From positions 104,098,001 through 104,162,000 of the forward strand of contig OX597821.1 in assembly GCA_951406725.2 (NCBI GenBank): DNA of 64,000 nucleotides, in the 5' to 3' direction. The DNA is from Octopus vulgaris (taxonomy: Eukaryota). A model generated the notes under the pieces. The model searched no databases. It saw nothing but the letters and a program-made list of their open reading frames with translations, and had not been told where the DNA came from. Made by a program: the position numbers and the translations under genes. Positions 15,279-28,512 of the stretch are shown here, one piece after another (the stretch's first letter is position 1; every line of letters starts with the position of its first letter).

Positions 15279-16510
15279 TTGGGCCATCCCATAAATAATG
15301 CGGTTTCTTTATACTTGTTATATTTATCAAAATTAAGATGAACACATTTTTGTTTAATCTAAAGTACACTCTCTTTCATTTTCTACAATGCTCTTCCATC
15401 AACTGGCTCACTTGCAAGGCTCCTCTTTCTAAATTCATTTGTCCGTGACGAAAAATACACTTCCAGTGCTGTTCTGCCTCGTCTACAGAATTCATATTAC
15501 TTCCGTCCAACTGATTTTGAAATCTGCAGAACAAATGATAATCAGATGGGGCAATGTCTGGCAAATATGATGGGTGGGATATTGTTTTCCATACAAACTG
15601 CCCCAGCCTTTGGAATGTCATTCTTGCTGTATGTGGCTGAACATTATTCTGATTGGAAGTGTACCTTTTGTCTTGAAGCCAAAGATAGTAATGTTTCATC
15701 TAGTGCTGACTTAAGCCGCTCAAGCTGTTCGCAGTAGATCTCCTTTGTTATCGTTTAGTTTAGGTTTAAAAGTTCAAAGTGTACTAAACCTTTCATATCC
15801 CACCAAATAGATAACAACACCTTACGTAGGTGAAGACATTCTTTAGTGTGGGGTTCTGGTGTTTTTCCTTTCCCTATCCATTGTTTTACATGCTTGACCT
15901 TTTTATAGAGAACCTATTTCGCCTCACCGGCAAAAAAGGAGCCCACATTCACACTGCGCATGATTGAACTCGGAAAGTTTGTGAGGAACACATTGACCCA
16001 ATTAGCTGCATTTTCCGATGGCAACAGGTGTCGATGAATGGGTGAATGACCAAATCCACGTTTCTTTGCTAGTTCCTCAGCAATTACGATTGGATTTTGC
16101 TCGACCAGGATCTGCAGGACGTCCTCGTTGATCTTCCAGGACAAGAATCATCTTCTGGGTTGCAGTTTTCGGTTCGGAATTTCTTGAACCACCGTTGGCA
16201 CTGGCTTACGCTTATTGTCCGATCCCCATACACTGCTTCAATATTCCTATCACTTTCCGTTGCATTGTTGCCTTTATTGAACTCATAATGCAAAATATGT
16301 CGAATATGCTCCTTTGTCACTTCCATTCTAGCTTTGAAATCAATAATTGTTAAAATAGGACTGCATTCTTTAAAATTTGCACTAAGAATAAGTACAAGGT
16401 AAAATAACTACCTGTTTTATGGTAATTTGATCCATGCAGTTTATCTAGTCCCCTCCGACTTTTAGTTCATGCAATTGAAAAATACCCGCATCATTTGTGG
16501 GATGACCCAA
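15279..16510 (-). mobile_element. Full-length degenerate mariner element (~1.23 kb)
   Basis: TIRs TTGGGCCATCCCATAAATAATGCGG / CCGCATCATTTGTGGGATGACCCAA. TA flanks at 15277-15278 and 16511-16512. Confidence 0.92.
15360..16326 (-). pseudogene. Mariner transposase pseudogene
   Basis: MEVTKEHIRHILHYEFNKGNNATES...CQRWFKKFR (HTH), LVEQNPIVIAEELAK and ISHPSYLPDIAPSDYHLF; several frameshifts. Confidence 0.9.
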
Positions 16511-17579
16511 TATATTAAATAAGTCGCTGAATGAAGTTAGAACTGCTTTGAAGAATAAAATCATGAAAAAAATTGAAAGATGTGATACACAATCATTCTG
16601 CAGTGTTGAATATATTTTTTCTCTTTAAATAACAGAAACGTATATCGTTTATATTATATTTCTTTCCGCCACTGGATTGCAGCACTCTAGGCCACAATTT
16701 TGAAGGTATTAGTGGAACATAATGACGCTATACTTATCCTAACAGCCTTTTCTGCCGAATTGCTAAATTATGGAGACGTAAGCAAACCAATATCAGTCGT
16801 CGTGGCTGTGGTGGACGAATAAACACAAAGACACACACACACACACACTCAAACATACACACACAAACACACTCAAATGCACACATAAATACTGGCATAG
16901 TGTACCGTTGTGTTATTGATGAAATCAACCAAAACGTTCTCCATCCAGCGAGGGACAAATAGTATTTAAGACACACAGAATGCAAATGCAAGCTTGCATA
17001 GGTTTCGTACGTTGATAATAAAAAGGTCGAATTAAATTGTATGGGATGCCGAGCGGTATTGTGCAATCATTTAGGTTTTTTGAGTGTCCTCAGTAAAATG
17101 ACTCGAGTTATAATTCAATTACCTGTTGCAATTACCATTGTAATTACCTGTTGACATGTCACCTGCAGAATATACAAAGGTTTCTAATGTTAATATGCAA
17201 AGTAGGTGCTGTTACTCAGAATTCTTGATCTGGAGATGTTGTCACTTACTGTGGTTATTTACATTAAAACTCTAATTTTGAATGGATTTAAGTCTCGAAG
17301 ATGTCCTCTCCATTGCGTGGTATTCTTAATTAATTTTAATTAAGTTGTATTTCGGCGTTACCGCACTGACTAATTGTTTAGAAGAAATAATTAAGAGGTT
17401 AGTGAAGTTTCGCACATCAGTAGTTTAAATGAAATGATTAAAAAATTCTCCGATCGTTATACTGATTAAATTAACACCTCAGTTAATTGAATACGATTTC
17501 TTGAACAGAAATAAGAGCCCGACACTGGGCTTGATCTTAAACACGAATATTCCTATGTCGGTGTGTGGATATCCAGACG

Positions 17580-17937
17580 ATACAGAAAGTGAAACAGTAT
17601 GATCTACCTAATCCATCCGATTGCAGTCCCATGGGGTTATTATGTGGCGGGTACGATTGAGAAAGACGCCAACCGGTGGTTCGGATCATGGTGGCTCGGA
17701 CCAAGAATGAATTCAAAGGTCTACAGAAAGACACTATGAGGAAAGTATGTCGCATGTTCAGGATCGTATTTGGGAATTCATGGTAGTTAAGGGTAGATGC
17801 TTTCAATAAACTGCTCTCTGACAGGTATGATATAACTGTTGGCTTTTATTTTTTAATATAACTTTCCCATTTGGAAAGGATATTACCTTTTCCTTTCTCT
17901 GTATGTGAACGGTCAAATTTACTGCGAACACCAAGTA
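17580..17937 (+). mobile_element. Tc1/mariner-superfamily 3' remnant (WPPNSPDxNPxDY type)
   Basis: A frameshifted read gives PNPSDCSPMG/YYVAGTIEKDANR...KDTMRKVCRMFR. It ends in a TIR-like aatttactgcgaacaccaag-ta. Confidence 0.5.
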
Positions 17938-18115
17938 CATCATCACTCGGAATACTACAGTTGACCGTAGTAAATAAATCTCTATACTACAATTACACTG
18001 AGTGATGATATTCCACGTGAAACTCATCTGTGTCGGTCATGCATCCAAATGTACACGCAAAATATATTCTTGTACACAAACACACGCACACACACGCGCG
18101 CAACACACACACACA

Positions 18116-18151
<36 letters not shown>

Positions 18152-18456
18152 ACACACACACACAACATATATATAATTTCAATAATATATAATAATAAAT
18201 TTATATTTCGAAATACTGAAGATGTGAAATAAGTAAGTAAATATAACTTCACTTTAATCTCGAAACGCGCATGTACCTATTCGTAGTGGTGCGGTTTCGT
18301 TATTTTTTTCTTTTTGCCTACGTAGAAAAGTGTGATACTGTCTGGGGGATCTTTATGGTAGTAGAAGAGGCATTTAACTCCTATTTCTAAATTCAGAGCG
18401 CGGCGACGCAATTAGCTGACCCCTGATCATAATTAAGTTTATAATTATAGAATATT

Positions 18457-18496
<40 letters not shown>

Positions 18497-18501
<5 letters not shown>

Positions 18502-18828
18502 TAGAGACAAAACCACTATTAGGCAAATCAAACAATGAATCACTTAAGCCAATACATAAGATTATTTAAGTTATAATATTTAAATATATAACAAAATTAT
18601 TAAAAAATATAATTAATATCACACTACGATCGTTTCATGCCTGCTAACTTCTTCAAATTTTTGAGTCGCAGTCATTCATCAGGTGGTTTAAATATTTATC
18701 TTGGCGAGGTTTGATTTGCCTAATAGTGGTTTTGTCTCAAATTTAATATAATATATATTTTACTATAAAATTGGATTCAATCCTAAATCTGATTTTTCCC
18801 TGTAAGTTTGGATTCATTCCCTAATATT

Positions 18829-18830
<2 letters not shown>
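18497..18830. mobile_element. PLE pseudo-LTR-like island within (TA)n, with a 37-bp inverted repeat
   Basis: 18497-18533 is the near-exact reverse complement of 18709-18745. It encloses the hammerhead motif, with (TA)n on both sides. Confidence 0.6.
18622..18685 (-). ncRNA. Minimal type-I hammerhead ribozyme motif
   Basis: Minus strand: cac-CUGAUGA-AUGACUGC...GCAGGCAU-GAA-ACGAUCGU-A-gug. Canonical core, palindromic stem III, GUA cleavage triplet. Confidence 0.7.
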
Positions 18831-18920
<90 letters not shown>

Positions 18921-19601
18921 ATATATAGCAGATGTGGTGTACAGCCCTGAGGAAGGAAAGATATTGACCGAAATCAGCCTGGACTGATGATCACCTTGCT
19001 AGAAGGCGGTGGGAGTTCGCTCCCCTGCTTGTTATATATCAAATCCAGCTAGAGGAAATGTCCACTTGGTGTTAAAAGAATTGCAGTAACGTCCGTTCAA
19101 AAGAAACACCAATGTTGAAGAATTGCCGACAAACATTACTTGCCACCACAGTTCATCTCCTACAAAGATTGAATACGTAGCTTGTTTGCTTGTTACATAT
19201 ACATATATATATATATATATACATATATAGACATGCACACGCTCACACAAATATATGTATACACATATGCACATGTGTATTTGTATATGTATAGCTGCAC
19301 ATATACGCACTCACACTTAATATACGATGGAATCAATAATCGAATTTAAAAAGAAAAAAGAATGAAAGTAAAACCGAGAGATTACATTGCAAACAAAACA
19401 TAGACTACGAAGAAGTGAATTAGAATAAGAGAAAAAATAATGTGATAGACAAATACACATAAGCAAACTGTTATGAAGGATTCAAAGCAACAGACATAAA
19501 CAAAGGAAGATATAAAATGAAGGAAAAGATAAAGGAATAAATAAAGACGAATAGGAAAGAAATCTGCTTGAAATCATAGACGTTAGAGATTGTCGGGAGT
19601 G

Positions 19602-19663
<62 letters not shown>

Positions 19664-19879
19664 CAGTCATAAAATGGAAAACAAAGAAATATATATAGAC
19701 AATAAAATCGATGTCAGCAAATGCAGTAAATAAATTGTGTAAAATATACCAAATACGTTTGTGAAGAACTAGGAATGTTGATGCGTTTTGTGCGTATGAA
19801 CATATATATATAAATGTGTGTATGTATGTATATGTTTCTATATATATACACATACACATTCAAGCACACACACACACAC

Positions 19880-20072
19880 ATTAAAGATATTTAACATATG
19901 CTAGTGTTTATATTCATAGATATATTCAAATATAAAGGTGAGTATATATACATATATATATATATACACACATATATATATATGTGTGTATATATATATG
20001 TATATATATACTCACCTTTATATTTGAATATATCTATGAATATAAACACTAGCATATGTAAATATCTTTAAT
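19880..20072. repeat. Near-perfect ~190-bp palindrome centred on a TA-rich microsatellite
   Basis: attaaagatattt..catatgctagtgtttatattcatagatatattcaaatataaaggtgagtatata is mirrored as its reverse complement. Confidence 0.92.
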
Positions 20073-20195
20073 TTATATATGTGTGTGTGTCGTGTGTGTG
20101 TATGTCGTGTGTGTGTGTATCGTGAGTGTGTGTATGTATGTATATATATATTTATATATATATATATACACACAAACATTCATGCACACAGACAG

Positions 20196-20247
<52 letters not shown>

Positions 20248-21590
20248 GGGGGGAGAGAAAGAGATAGTTATATAGATACATGGAAGCTCTTATCTGCAAA
20301 ACGAGGTGGTAGGTTGCACCTGAATACTAAACTGAGTGTAAAACACTTGTTTTTATGATGCTGACAAATTATTGCAAGAGTAAAGAGTATCATCTTGTAT
20401 ATTTCGAAATTCAATTTCGCTGTATTATTTCGATCGCATTTTTTTCTTCTTTGTTTTTGTGTACGTACATTCATGATTTTGTCTATCTTTTTCCTGCCTT
20501 TCATTCTATATTCATCTAATTTCGTTATTGATAGTACGCCTTGTAATCGTCTCGGACACTCCACTGCTTTTTTTTTTTTTTATATCTATTCGTTTTCGTT
20601 TCAAGTTTTCAGTTCTAACTTTTAAAATATCATTTAACTAAACACGGAGGTACTCTTATTTTCTCCCTTGTCTTTCCCTTTCTCCTCACCTGTCACGTGT
20701 TCACCCATCTTTTTCCCTCCCTTTCATCATAGTTACTATATATTTCTCTTCAAGTTTCTGCCATGATAGCAAATCCCCTGAAATAGCTGACTTAGTGGCA
20801 AACTTTGAACGTATATCTATGATCCTGCTCCTCCTCCCCTCTCCTCCTGCTCCTTCTCTTAGTTTATCCTCCTTCTCCTCCCACCCCTCCTCCACCCCTC
20901 CTACTCATTCCTGCTCCCTCCTGCTTCCTCTACATGCTCCTTTCTCTCTTCCACTAGCTTCCTCCACCTACTCCTCCAACTGCTCCTTCCTCCATCTACT
21001 TGCTTCCTTCTCTTTCTCCTTCACCCTCCTCCTCTTCCTTCTTCTTCTTCTTCTTCTTCTTCTTCTACCTCCTCCCTCCACCTCCCTTCTTATTCCTCCT
21101 TTTCCTCCTCCTTCCACCTCCTTCCACCTCCCCTTCCACATTCCTTCCACCTCCCCCCTCATCCTCTCCCCTTCCTCTTCTCCCCCACCTCCTCCCATCT
21201 CCACCCATTCCCTCCTCCTTCCACTCCTTCACCTCTTCCCCTCCCTCCATCCACTTCTGATTATTTAAATTCTGCTTCTCAGAGTTCTCGATCTCACTAG
21301 CTCCAGTTAATTCTGAAAGCGACGACAACAATCCTGTTGTCAAATGTCTCACAAAGACTTTCCACGATACGCAACACCCAAGTACCAATCTCAACCCTAA
21401 GCCCCATATATCATCATCATCATCATCATCAACAACGTAGTCATCATCATCATTATTATCATTTTCCGATTATTTTGCATTTTATTTCATCTTCCGACCC
21501 CGTTCCTCTCGCCGCTTCCTTCTTTTTCGTCTCTCATAGTTTTATCCATTATTCTTTCTTTAAACCCAGCATTACTACATGTCAACGCTA

Positions 21591-21969
21591 TGGAGGCGCA
21601 ATGGCCCAGTGGTTAGGGCAGCGGACTCGCGGTCATAGGATTCGATTCCCAGACCGGGCGTTGTGAGTGTTTATTGAGCGAAAACATCTAAAAGCTCCAC
21701 GACGCTCCAGCAAGGGATGGTGGTGATCCCTGCTGTACTCTTTCACCACAACTTTCTCTCACTCTTACTTCCTGTTTCTGTTGTACCTGTATTTCAAGGG
21801 GCCGGCCTTGTCACTCTCTGTGTTACGCTGAATATCCCCGAGAACTACGTTAAGGGTGCACGTGTCTGTGGAGTGCTCAGCCACTTACACGTTAATTTCA
21901 CGAGCAGGCTGTTCCGTTGATTCGTATCAACCGGGACCCTCATCGTCGTAACTGACGGAGTGCTTCCAC
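21591..21969 (+). mobile_element. tRNA-derived SINE with 12-bp target-site duplication (resembles octopus OR-type SINEs)
   Basis: Pol III A box TGGCCCAGTGG and B-box-like GATTCGATTCC. TSD acatgtcaacgc at 21577-21588 and 21970-21981. Confidence 0.88.
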
Positions 21970-22509
21970 ACATGTCAACGCACGCAAACACACAGACACA
22001 CACACGCCATCACACAGACACTCACACATATCGTTTTGTGTTTAAAACTTTTCTTATCTGCACTTTAAAAACCCAATGTCAGTTAGCTGAAGCTCAAAAT
22101 TAGACAGTAAAAGTCAACTTGTTTTCTTTCTTGCAAAGTACAAATATCTCTACGCTTCCATGGGCACATATTATGATTGACAGCTATGTAGACACAAACG
22201 CTCTCCCTCTCTCTTTCTCTCTCTCTCACACACACACATAAACACAAATATCGTTGTTATTATGCAAAAGTGTTCTCAGTCTAAAGCGTTGCTTTTACAG
22301 AAAATGAAAAAAATAGTTTCTCCATCCCATAGCAAAATCATTGTACTTCACTTTGACAACTTTTAATATCTTGGCATCTGAAGCAGTTGGAGATACGATA
22401 GTTTGACCAAATGAACCGTCTATTGCAAGCAAAAATAAATATTGAAAGAAACACATTTGGCCAGATTTGGACATACGATAGTTTAACATAATAGCAACTA
22501 TCTATATAG

Positions 22510-22870
22510 GGGGAGAATTCACAAAAAAAAAACCAAAATCGAAGAGAGGTGGTGTAGACAACAAACAGATGTATTAGTATAACGCTCGAGAAGTGAAAAA
22601 GTCTTTAACGTTTCGAGCCTACGCTCTTCCACAGAAAGAAAGACAGAAATAAACAAGAAAAAAAATAATGTGTTGTGGTTAGTGATATATCATGGCGAAT
22701 ATGTCGATTTTCGATTGACCGCTAACTCCACAAGTATTTTAAAAATATTCTCTCTCTCTTTATCTCCGCGTGCTCCTTTCTGTAGGTTCGAAACATAACA
22801 GACTTTCTCACCCTCCCGAGCGTTAATCTAATACACTTCCATGTTGTTTATACACCTGTCTTCGTCGTTT
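22510..22870. mobile_element. Inverted pair of PLE pseudo-LTR fragments
   Basis: 22540-22640 and 22775-22865 are divergent reverse complements. They are related to the pLTR-like ends at 54640-54790 and 55925-56040. Confidence 0.6.
22603..22638 (-). ncRNA. Minimal hammerhead-like motif (A6U variant)
   Basis: cuuu-CUGUGGA-A-GAGC-guag-GCUC-GAA-ACGU-U-aaag; stems I and II pair perfectly. Confidence 0.55.
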
Positions 22871-22944
22871 GCTATTCTGTAAATTTGGACTATATATATG
22901 TGTGTGTGTATGTGTATGTGTTTGAGTGTGTGTGTGTGTGTGTA

Positions 22945-22985
<41 letters not shown>

Positions 22986-23010
22986 ATATGTATGCCTGTA
23001 CATGTTTATA

Positions 23011-23226
23011 ACAGGGAACGCTGAAAAGGTCTTGGCTTTGAGTAAAAGGAAACACGGCAGGATCAGTTAGTTATAATTTTATTCGATAGATTCTCGTCTC
23101 AGATTCACGCACATATCGCAACAGTTCCTCAGTTTTTCTAAGTCCTGTAAAAGAACTCAGAAAGTCGGGCCTCCAGCCACGCCTTCCGCGATATTTGTAT
23201 AATCATGAAATTTTCAGCACCCCTGT
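23011..23226 (-). mobile_element. Mariner-derived MITE (~210 bp)
   Basis: TIR-like gctgaaaag / ttttcagcacccc. Homologous, in opposite orientation, to 25143-25330 and 61297-61515. Confidence 0.65.
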
Positions 23227-24907
23227 GTATATACGTATGACATACATGTGTGAATTCATGAATCTATGAATGTAAATCTACTTATGATAATCACAGGTAG
23301 ATCTGTTCATGTGCTTACAGATTAATGGATATAATAGATATATATTTAAATGTGTATGCATGTAAATCTATCCATGTGATTATGTATTTATATATAAGCA
23401 TTTGTTTGTTTGATGAAATGTATTAGCATCATCTCTTTTAATTTAGAGTCCTGTGTTCAGAGATGATTGTCGCTCATCCTGCTTAAGCGATTGACGTCAA
23501 TTTGTATTCTAAGCTCAAGCCTAAATCGGAAGTTTATTTCAATAGAAGGTTGAAATGCTGTAGGAGGTGTGGAACCTTACTTAATTACTCACTTGAAAGC
23601 TAAAACTTCCTACACAGCAACTAATGCCTAACTAATGGCAACGTAATGACATTCAGCACAATTTCGATGATAAAATATTCCTACGTTTCATTACTAGAGA
23701 ACATAATCTTCCACGAGCCGTTATCTGGGATGCCTATATCAATCTAAAACAACATTATTACGGATTATGTTACTCTAATAACGGTAATCTCATTCATATA
23801 ATGTGAATCTGTAACCTATTTCCTCCATTACCTAATAAGTTTTTAATGTCTTTCTCATTCACTCATTGGAACTGATTAAGTAAGGTTCTACCTTACATTC
23901 TTCTCTTCAAACATATTGATTGAATGTAGGCATATGCTTGCCGAGTTGTGTTACCTTAGTAAATGATATTGTATGATAAATTTTAATTTTAATATTGTAG
24001 CAATTTGTTGAATTAATTCATGGAGTTTGTGGTCACCAAGCAATTACTGGTATTTATGTGGATGTGTGATACTAGCAATAGACAAAAGTTAGAGGCACAA
24101 ACCGCAAAATTTCCAGCAGGCATTCGTTAGTTGCTAGGAATTTAATTTCGCAACAGAATTATTCTCTCGAAGTTTCTCTAATGTTGTGGAATTAAAGAGA
24201 TATCGTCTGCTACATCTTTGACCCGACAAACACGATGCACGAAGAATCTAGTGAACTTAAACTGTAGAATTCCGCTGCATAAATGCACGCACTCACGCAA
24301 ATATATGAAAATATACGTATATCTATGCGCATATAACTATGAGGTTCACATGCGTATTTACATACATATTAATATATATGTCGTTCTCGGATTAGTGGTA
24401 GTTATTTACGGTATGGGAAGAAAATCATTTCTTTCTAACACTTGCGCGGTAAGAAATTTGAATTTGAACCTGAGGAACTATAAGGAAGAAGATACGGAGA
24501 CTACACATGAGAAATTTTTATTTGTCTACTTCTTACCAAGTTTATAAAATTCTTTACTTTGCGCTAATCTTGCATAATATTAATTTATTCTATTTTGGAA
24601 TCCTCGGCATGATATGGTTTGTGAAGTTAATCATTTTTTGAAGTGAGACATTTCTTTAAAGATGGAAATAATTATAGCCATACATTTATATATTTCCTGT
24701 GAATTCCACCTTGGAAACAGATCTTGGGGTAGCTAATAATTGCAGATTTAACTGCAAACAAGTTCACTGCTCGATTTACGATATATTCTTTTCGCTGTAG
24801 CTATATAAGGCTGGAGGATATATCAAACGAAACGTTGTGTTAACAACAAACAAGATGAGGACAAATATCGATCAATTCTAAATAATGTAAACATATATAT
24901 CCATATA

Positions 24908-24943
<36 letters not shown>

Positions 24944-25035
24944 AATCAAGGAACGGCCATAATAGGCCATTCACCCACCTACTAGGCCGCTGGTGGCAAA
25001 AGAATTCTACAAAATTTTTTTGCCACCCTATATTG

Positions 25036-25075
<40 letters not shown>

Positions 25076-25142
25076 TGTATTATTTATATTATTATTTACT
25101 TGAACGCCATGCATCCATATATATATATGTATATACATGTTT

Positions 25143-25330
25143 GTGAGCGTTCTGAAAAGTTCCTGGTGTTGAGGGTACCGCCCAAACTTCCAAGATCTTA
25201 GAAAAATATTGAAAGACCGCTGCGAAAACTGAGTGAAGCTGAGCAGGTAAAATTTTGAATAATTTCATATTTAATTAATCCATCTGTATTTTCTTGTTAC
25301 TGAAAGCGTAGAATTTTCAGCTCCCTCGTA
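25143..25330 (+). mobile_element. Mariner-derived MITE (degenerate copy)
   Basis: ctgaaaagttcctgg...cccaaacttc...aattttcagctccctcgta; same family as 23011 and 61297. Confidence 0.6.
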
Positions 25331-25350
25331 TATTCCTTAGCGTCCAATAA

Positions 25351-25387
<37 letters not shown>

Positions 25388-25438
25388 TATATATATATGA
25401 CAATTCAGAAATATAACAATATGACCATTCCGAAATAT

Positions 25439-25474
<36 letters not shown>

Positions 25475-26299
25475 GAGTTCATTGTATCATGAGTCTAGAT
25501 TTAGAATGATATGGAGCATCGCAGCTACGTTTGAATTATTTGGTACATAATGTACGTAACTTTTGTTTGGCAAAATACGCGTTAAATGCAATAAACTCAT
25601 GCAACCAAATGTACGCTAGTCGTAATGCAGGCAACATTCTTTCTCGTGTCACTGTTTTAACCGTAAAGTCATTAAATTATCATTTGAATCAGGAAATGCA
25701 AGTGGTTCTGACTCTCAGCTTGATGTGATTAAATGTGACAGAGCAACCGAGTATTACATCTTATTTGTATTGAATAATATGCATCAGCTTATTTCTACGA
25801 ACGAAACTTGCTCATATAGTTAAGATTGTATGACAGCCAATTAGTAATCATAGGGATTTATACCATGTAATATAGATACTACCATACGTTGATGATCTGT
25901 TTACTCACTTCTCTATTGACAAGCCGCTGGTTTAAACTATGCAAAAGGTTTCGGCTCAGAGAGCAAAATTGGAGAGCTGATGCTCTGATGTCGTATTAAT
26001 AATAGTGGCTGGCACTGTTATACAGTTGAAAGCTAGTTGGTAGTTCGATTCCCAGATATATTATGAAATATTTTTTCTGTTTCGGTTTGGTTGTTTTATG
26101 GTATATTTCCCGTTTACAAGTTGCCGATATAAGGAGCCATAATTTGTTAAGTTAAAAGCTAAGATCTGAACAAAAAAAAAGTTAAGACCTACGATATCAT
26201 ATTCAAGCATTGGTTTCCTTGGCTGTACTTTTTACAGTGAACGTAAGTTCCATCTCAGTAGGCGAATATGTGGGATACGTTATTTATTTAATATAAATA

Positions 26300-26530
26300 T
26301 ATATTAGAAGGTTTGGAGATGATGTAGAGTTATTTTATATTAGAAGAAATGAAGTACTCAGAAATTCGGATGGTTTTATATTTACAGATATTTATTTGTA
26401 TGTTACATGTTTTTATACATCATATATCATATAACAGCGCTTTCGTCCATTCTAGTGGAGTAGTCAAATTGAACTAAGTTCTTGCAGGAATGTTTGACTC
26501 TTTTTATAGTGTTATTGAGTGTGTAGTGGA

Positions 26531-26535
<5 letters not shown>
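26300..26535 (-). mobile_element. (TA)n-associated repeat with a decayed hammerhead-like motif; copy of 55551-55768
   Basis: ttagaag.aatga.gtactcagaa.ttcggat.gttttatatttacagatatttatttgta...agcgctttcgtccattct is shared with 55551-55768. Confidence 0.7.
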
Positions 26536-26574
<39 letters not shown>

Positions 26575-27498
26575 CCCTTTACACCCACATACACTAATAT
26601 ATCTCCTAAATATGTGGGAAAGTTTGTGTGTGAGTGTGTTTGTTTGTGGAATTGTTAGCTAACTCCTCTCACATAGTTTTATAGATTTTGATGAAACCTG
26701 ACACGTGAGTAGAACTCGTGTCTGGAAACCTCATGGCATACTCAAACTATTGAAATAATCGATAACATGACCCCTGGAAGGGATCCTTGTATATAACTAA
26801 TAAATATTATTTTAACAGCCAAGGGAAATAACCCATTCATTTTCCTATATTATTTGGTATAAATCAAATTCAGTATGCTTATAACTTAGTATTTGTACTG
26901 TATGAGCTATTTTCGCAATTTATTCAGTACAACACTTAAATTAAGTAATTAGTATTTTCCTAAAGAATAGATCCGCTTGGTTAGTGAGTTATACATGAAT
27001 ACACCAGCCCTAGCGCAAAAGCACAAAAGTCCTTTTCAGAGATATCTCGTTTGAATTATTATTATCACATATCTGATTAGCCTGTTATTACGTAACACGC
27101 CTCATGATTTTAGTATATATACCTCATAAGCATTTCCTCCAAAGTTCTGTATACTCTAAGGACGCATTAAAGCCCTTTTCGGGGTTACTTTATTTGAATT
27201 CTTACTATCGGGTAATTAATTTTATGTTATTAGGTAACTAACTTATTGGGAATTTATATATGATTTACTTAGGTAGTTATCATGTAATAATCAGTTAAGG
27301 TAAAATTAATAAATTTATATTAAGGGCAAGCGAGTAGGTACACAGACTTAGCCTAACGCTAACGAAAGACGCGAAATAGCTTTAAACTACCTTAAATATT
27401 ACAATAAACACGCGCCGAAATCGGGGGAATATACAAAAAGAATTCATGAAAAGGTTCAATTACATAATAATTGAAATTAGTATTACGGCAAAATTCCC

Positions 27499-27813
27499 AT
27501 TTTCCATCGTCAGTGTGATATAACCCAATGCACATAAATACGAACAGTTATACATATCACAGGAACGCAACATATGCACAGCGCAAATACAACTGATGAT
27601 ACTTACATGCAAATTATAATTTTAAAGTCTATTCACTGATGAACTATTTGGTTATTCATGCGTGGCTGAGAGAAACGAACTAGAGTTTTGAATTTTAATT
27701 TGTATATAAATACGAACAATTGTATTTGCGCTGTGAATCCTATGTGTTCCTGTGGTATGTATAATTGTTTGTATTTATGTGCAATAGGCTATATTACACT
27801 GACGATGGAAAAT
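27499..27813. repeat. Fold-back element: ~130-bp diverged inverted arms with a ~50-bp spacer
   Basis: attttccatcgtcagtgt...acaggaac...acagcgcaaatacaa versus ttgtatttgcgctgt...gttcctgt...acactgacgatggaaaat. Confidence 0.85.
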
Positions 27814-27839
27814 ACACAATACATATATTTAAGTATATG

Positions 27840-27878
<39 letters not shown>

Positions 27879-27946
27879 GTGTGTGTATGTATGTATATAT
27901 ATGTATATACATATATGTATGTATATGCATATATGTACATATATGC

Positions 27947-28011
<65 letters not shown>

Positions 28012-28119
28012 CTAACAGACAAAGGGGAAGAATTCATTCCAATGGGTGTGTAAAATAGCCAATTCCCTGCTACGTCACTTGAGTACCACATAAATATGGG
28101 TATAATACAAATTACAAAC

Positions 28120-28512
28120 AATAAATTAAATAGAGTGATACAAATGAAAATCCATTAATTCATTTATATTATATCACATAATATATTATAAATATGATAT
28201 GATGTAATATAATATAATGTAAGATAAGATAATATAACACGAACAATCATTAAAAAGCAAAAATGACAACAATTTGTTTCGACTTATATACATTTTTTGA
28301 TATGTGAAAAATTCATTTCCCTTATGTAAGCCTCATCGGAGCCAATGGTTTGAAGATAGGCGACATTCCATGTGAAAGGACGGCTGGATTTTTACAATCT
28401 AGCCATCCTTTCAACGGAATTTCGTATTATATTATATTCATAGTATATTATGATATATTATAATAAAAATGAATGATTAGATTGTCAATTATATCTCTCT
28501 ATTTAATTTATT
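28120..28512. repeat. Inverted-repeat island enclosing a hammerhead-like motif (28264-28344, minus) and a ~28-bp hairpin (28361-28423)
   Basis: Arms 28120-28187 and 28441-28512. Minus strand CCGAUGA-GGCUUACAUA...UAUAUAAGUC-GAAAC-aaauu-GUU. Confidence 0.6.

Noticed and set aside
18941-18987. CTGAGGA...GAAA hammerhead-like motif
   Set aside because: Stem II is mostly mismatched and there is no A15.1-U16.1 pair or UH site; at most a decayed relic.
20795-21394. Pro/Ser/Leu-rich and Gly/Glu-rich ORFs
   Set aside because: Low-complexity polypyrimidine tract with no domain signal.
21593-21660. tRNA-like sequence
   Set aside because: Head of a SINE with a TSD and an incomplete cloverleaf; not a tRNA gene.
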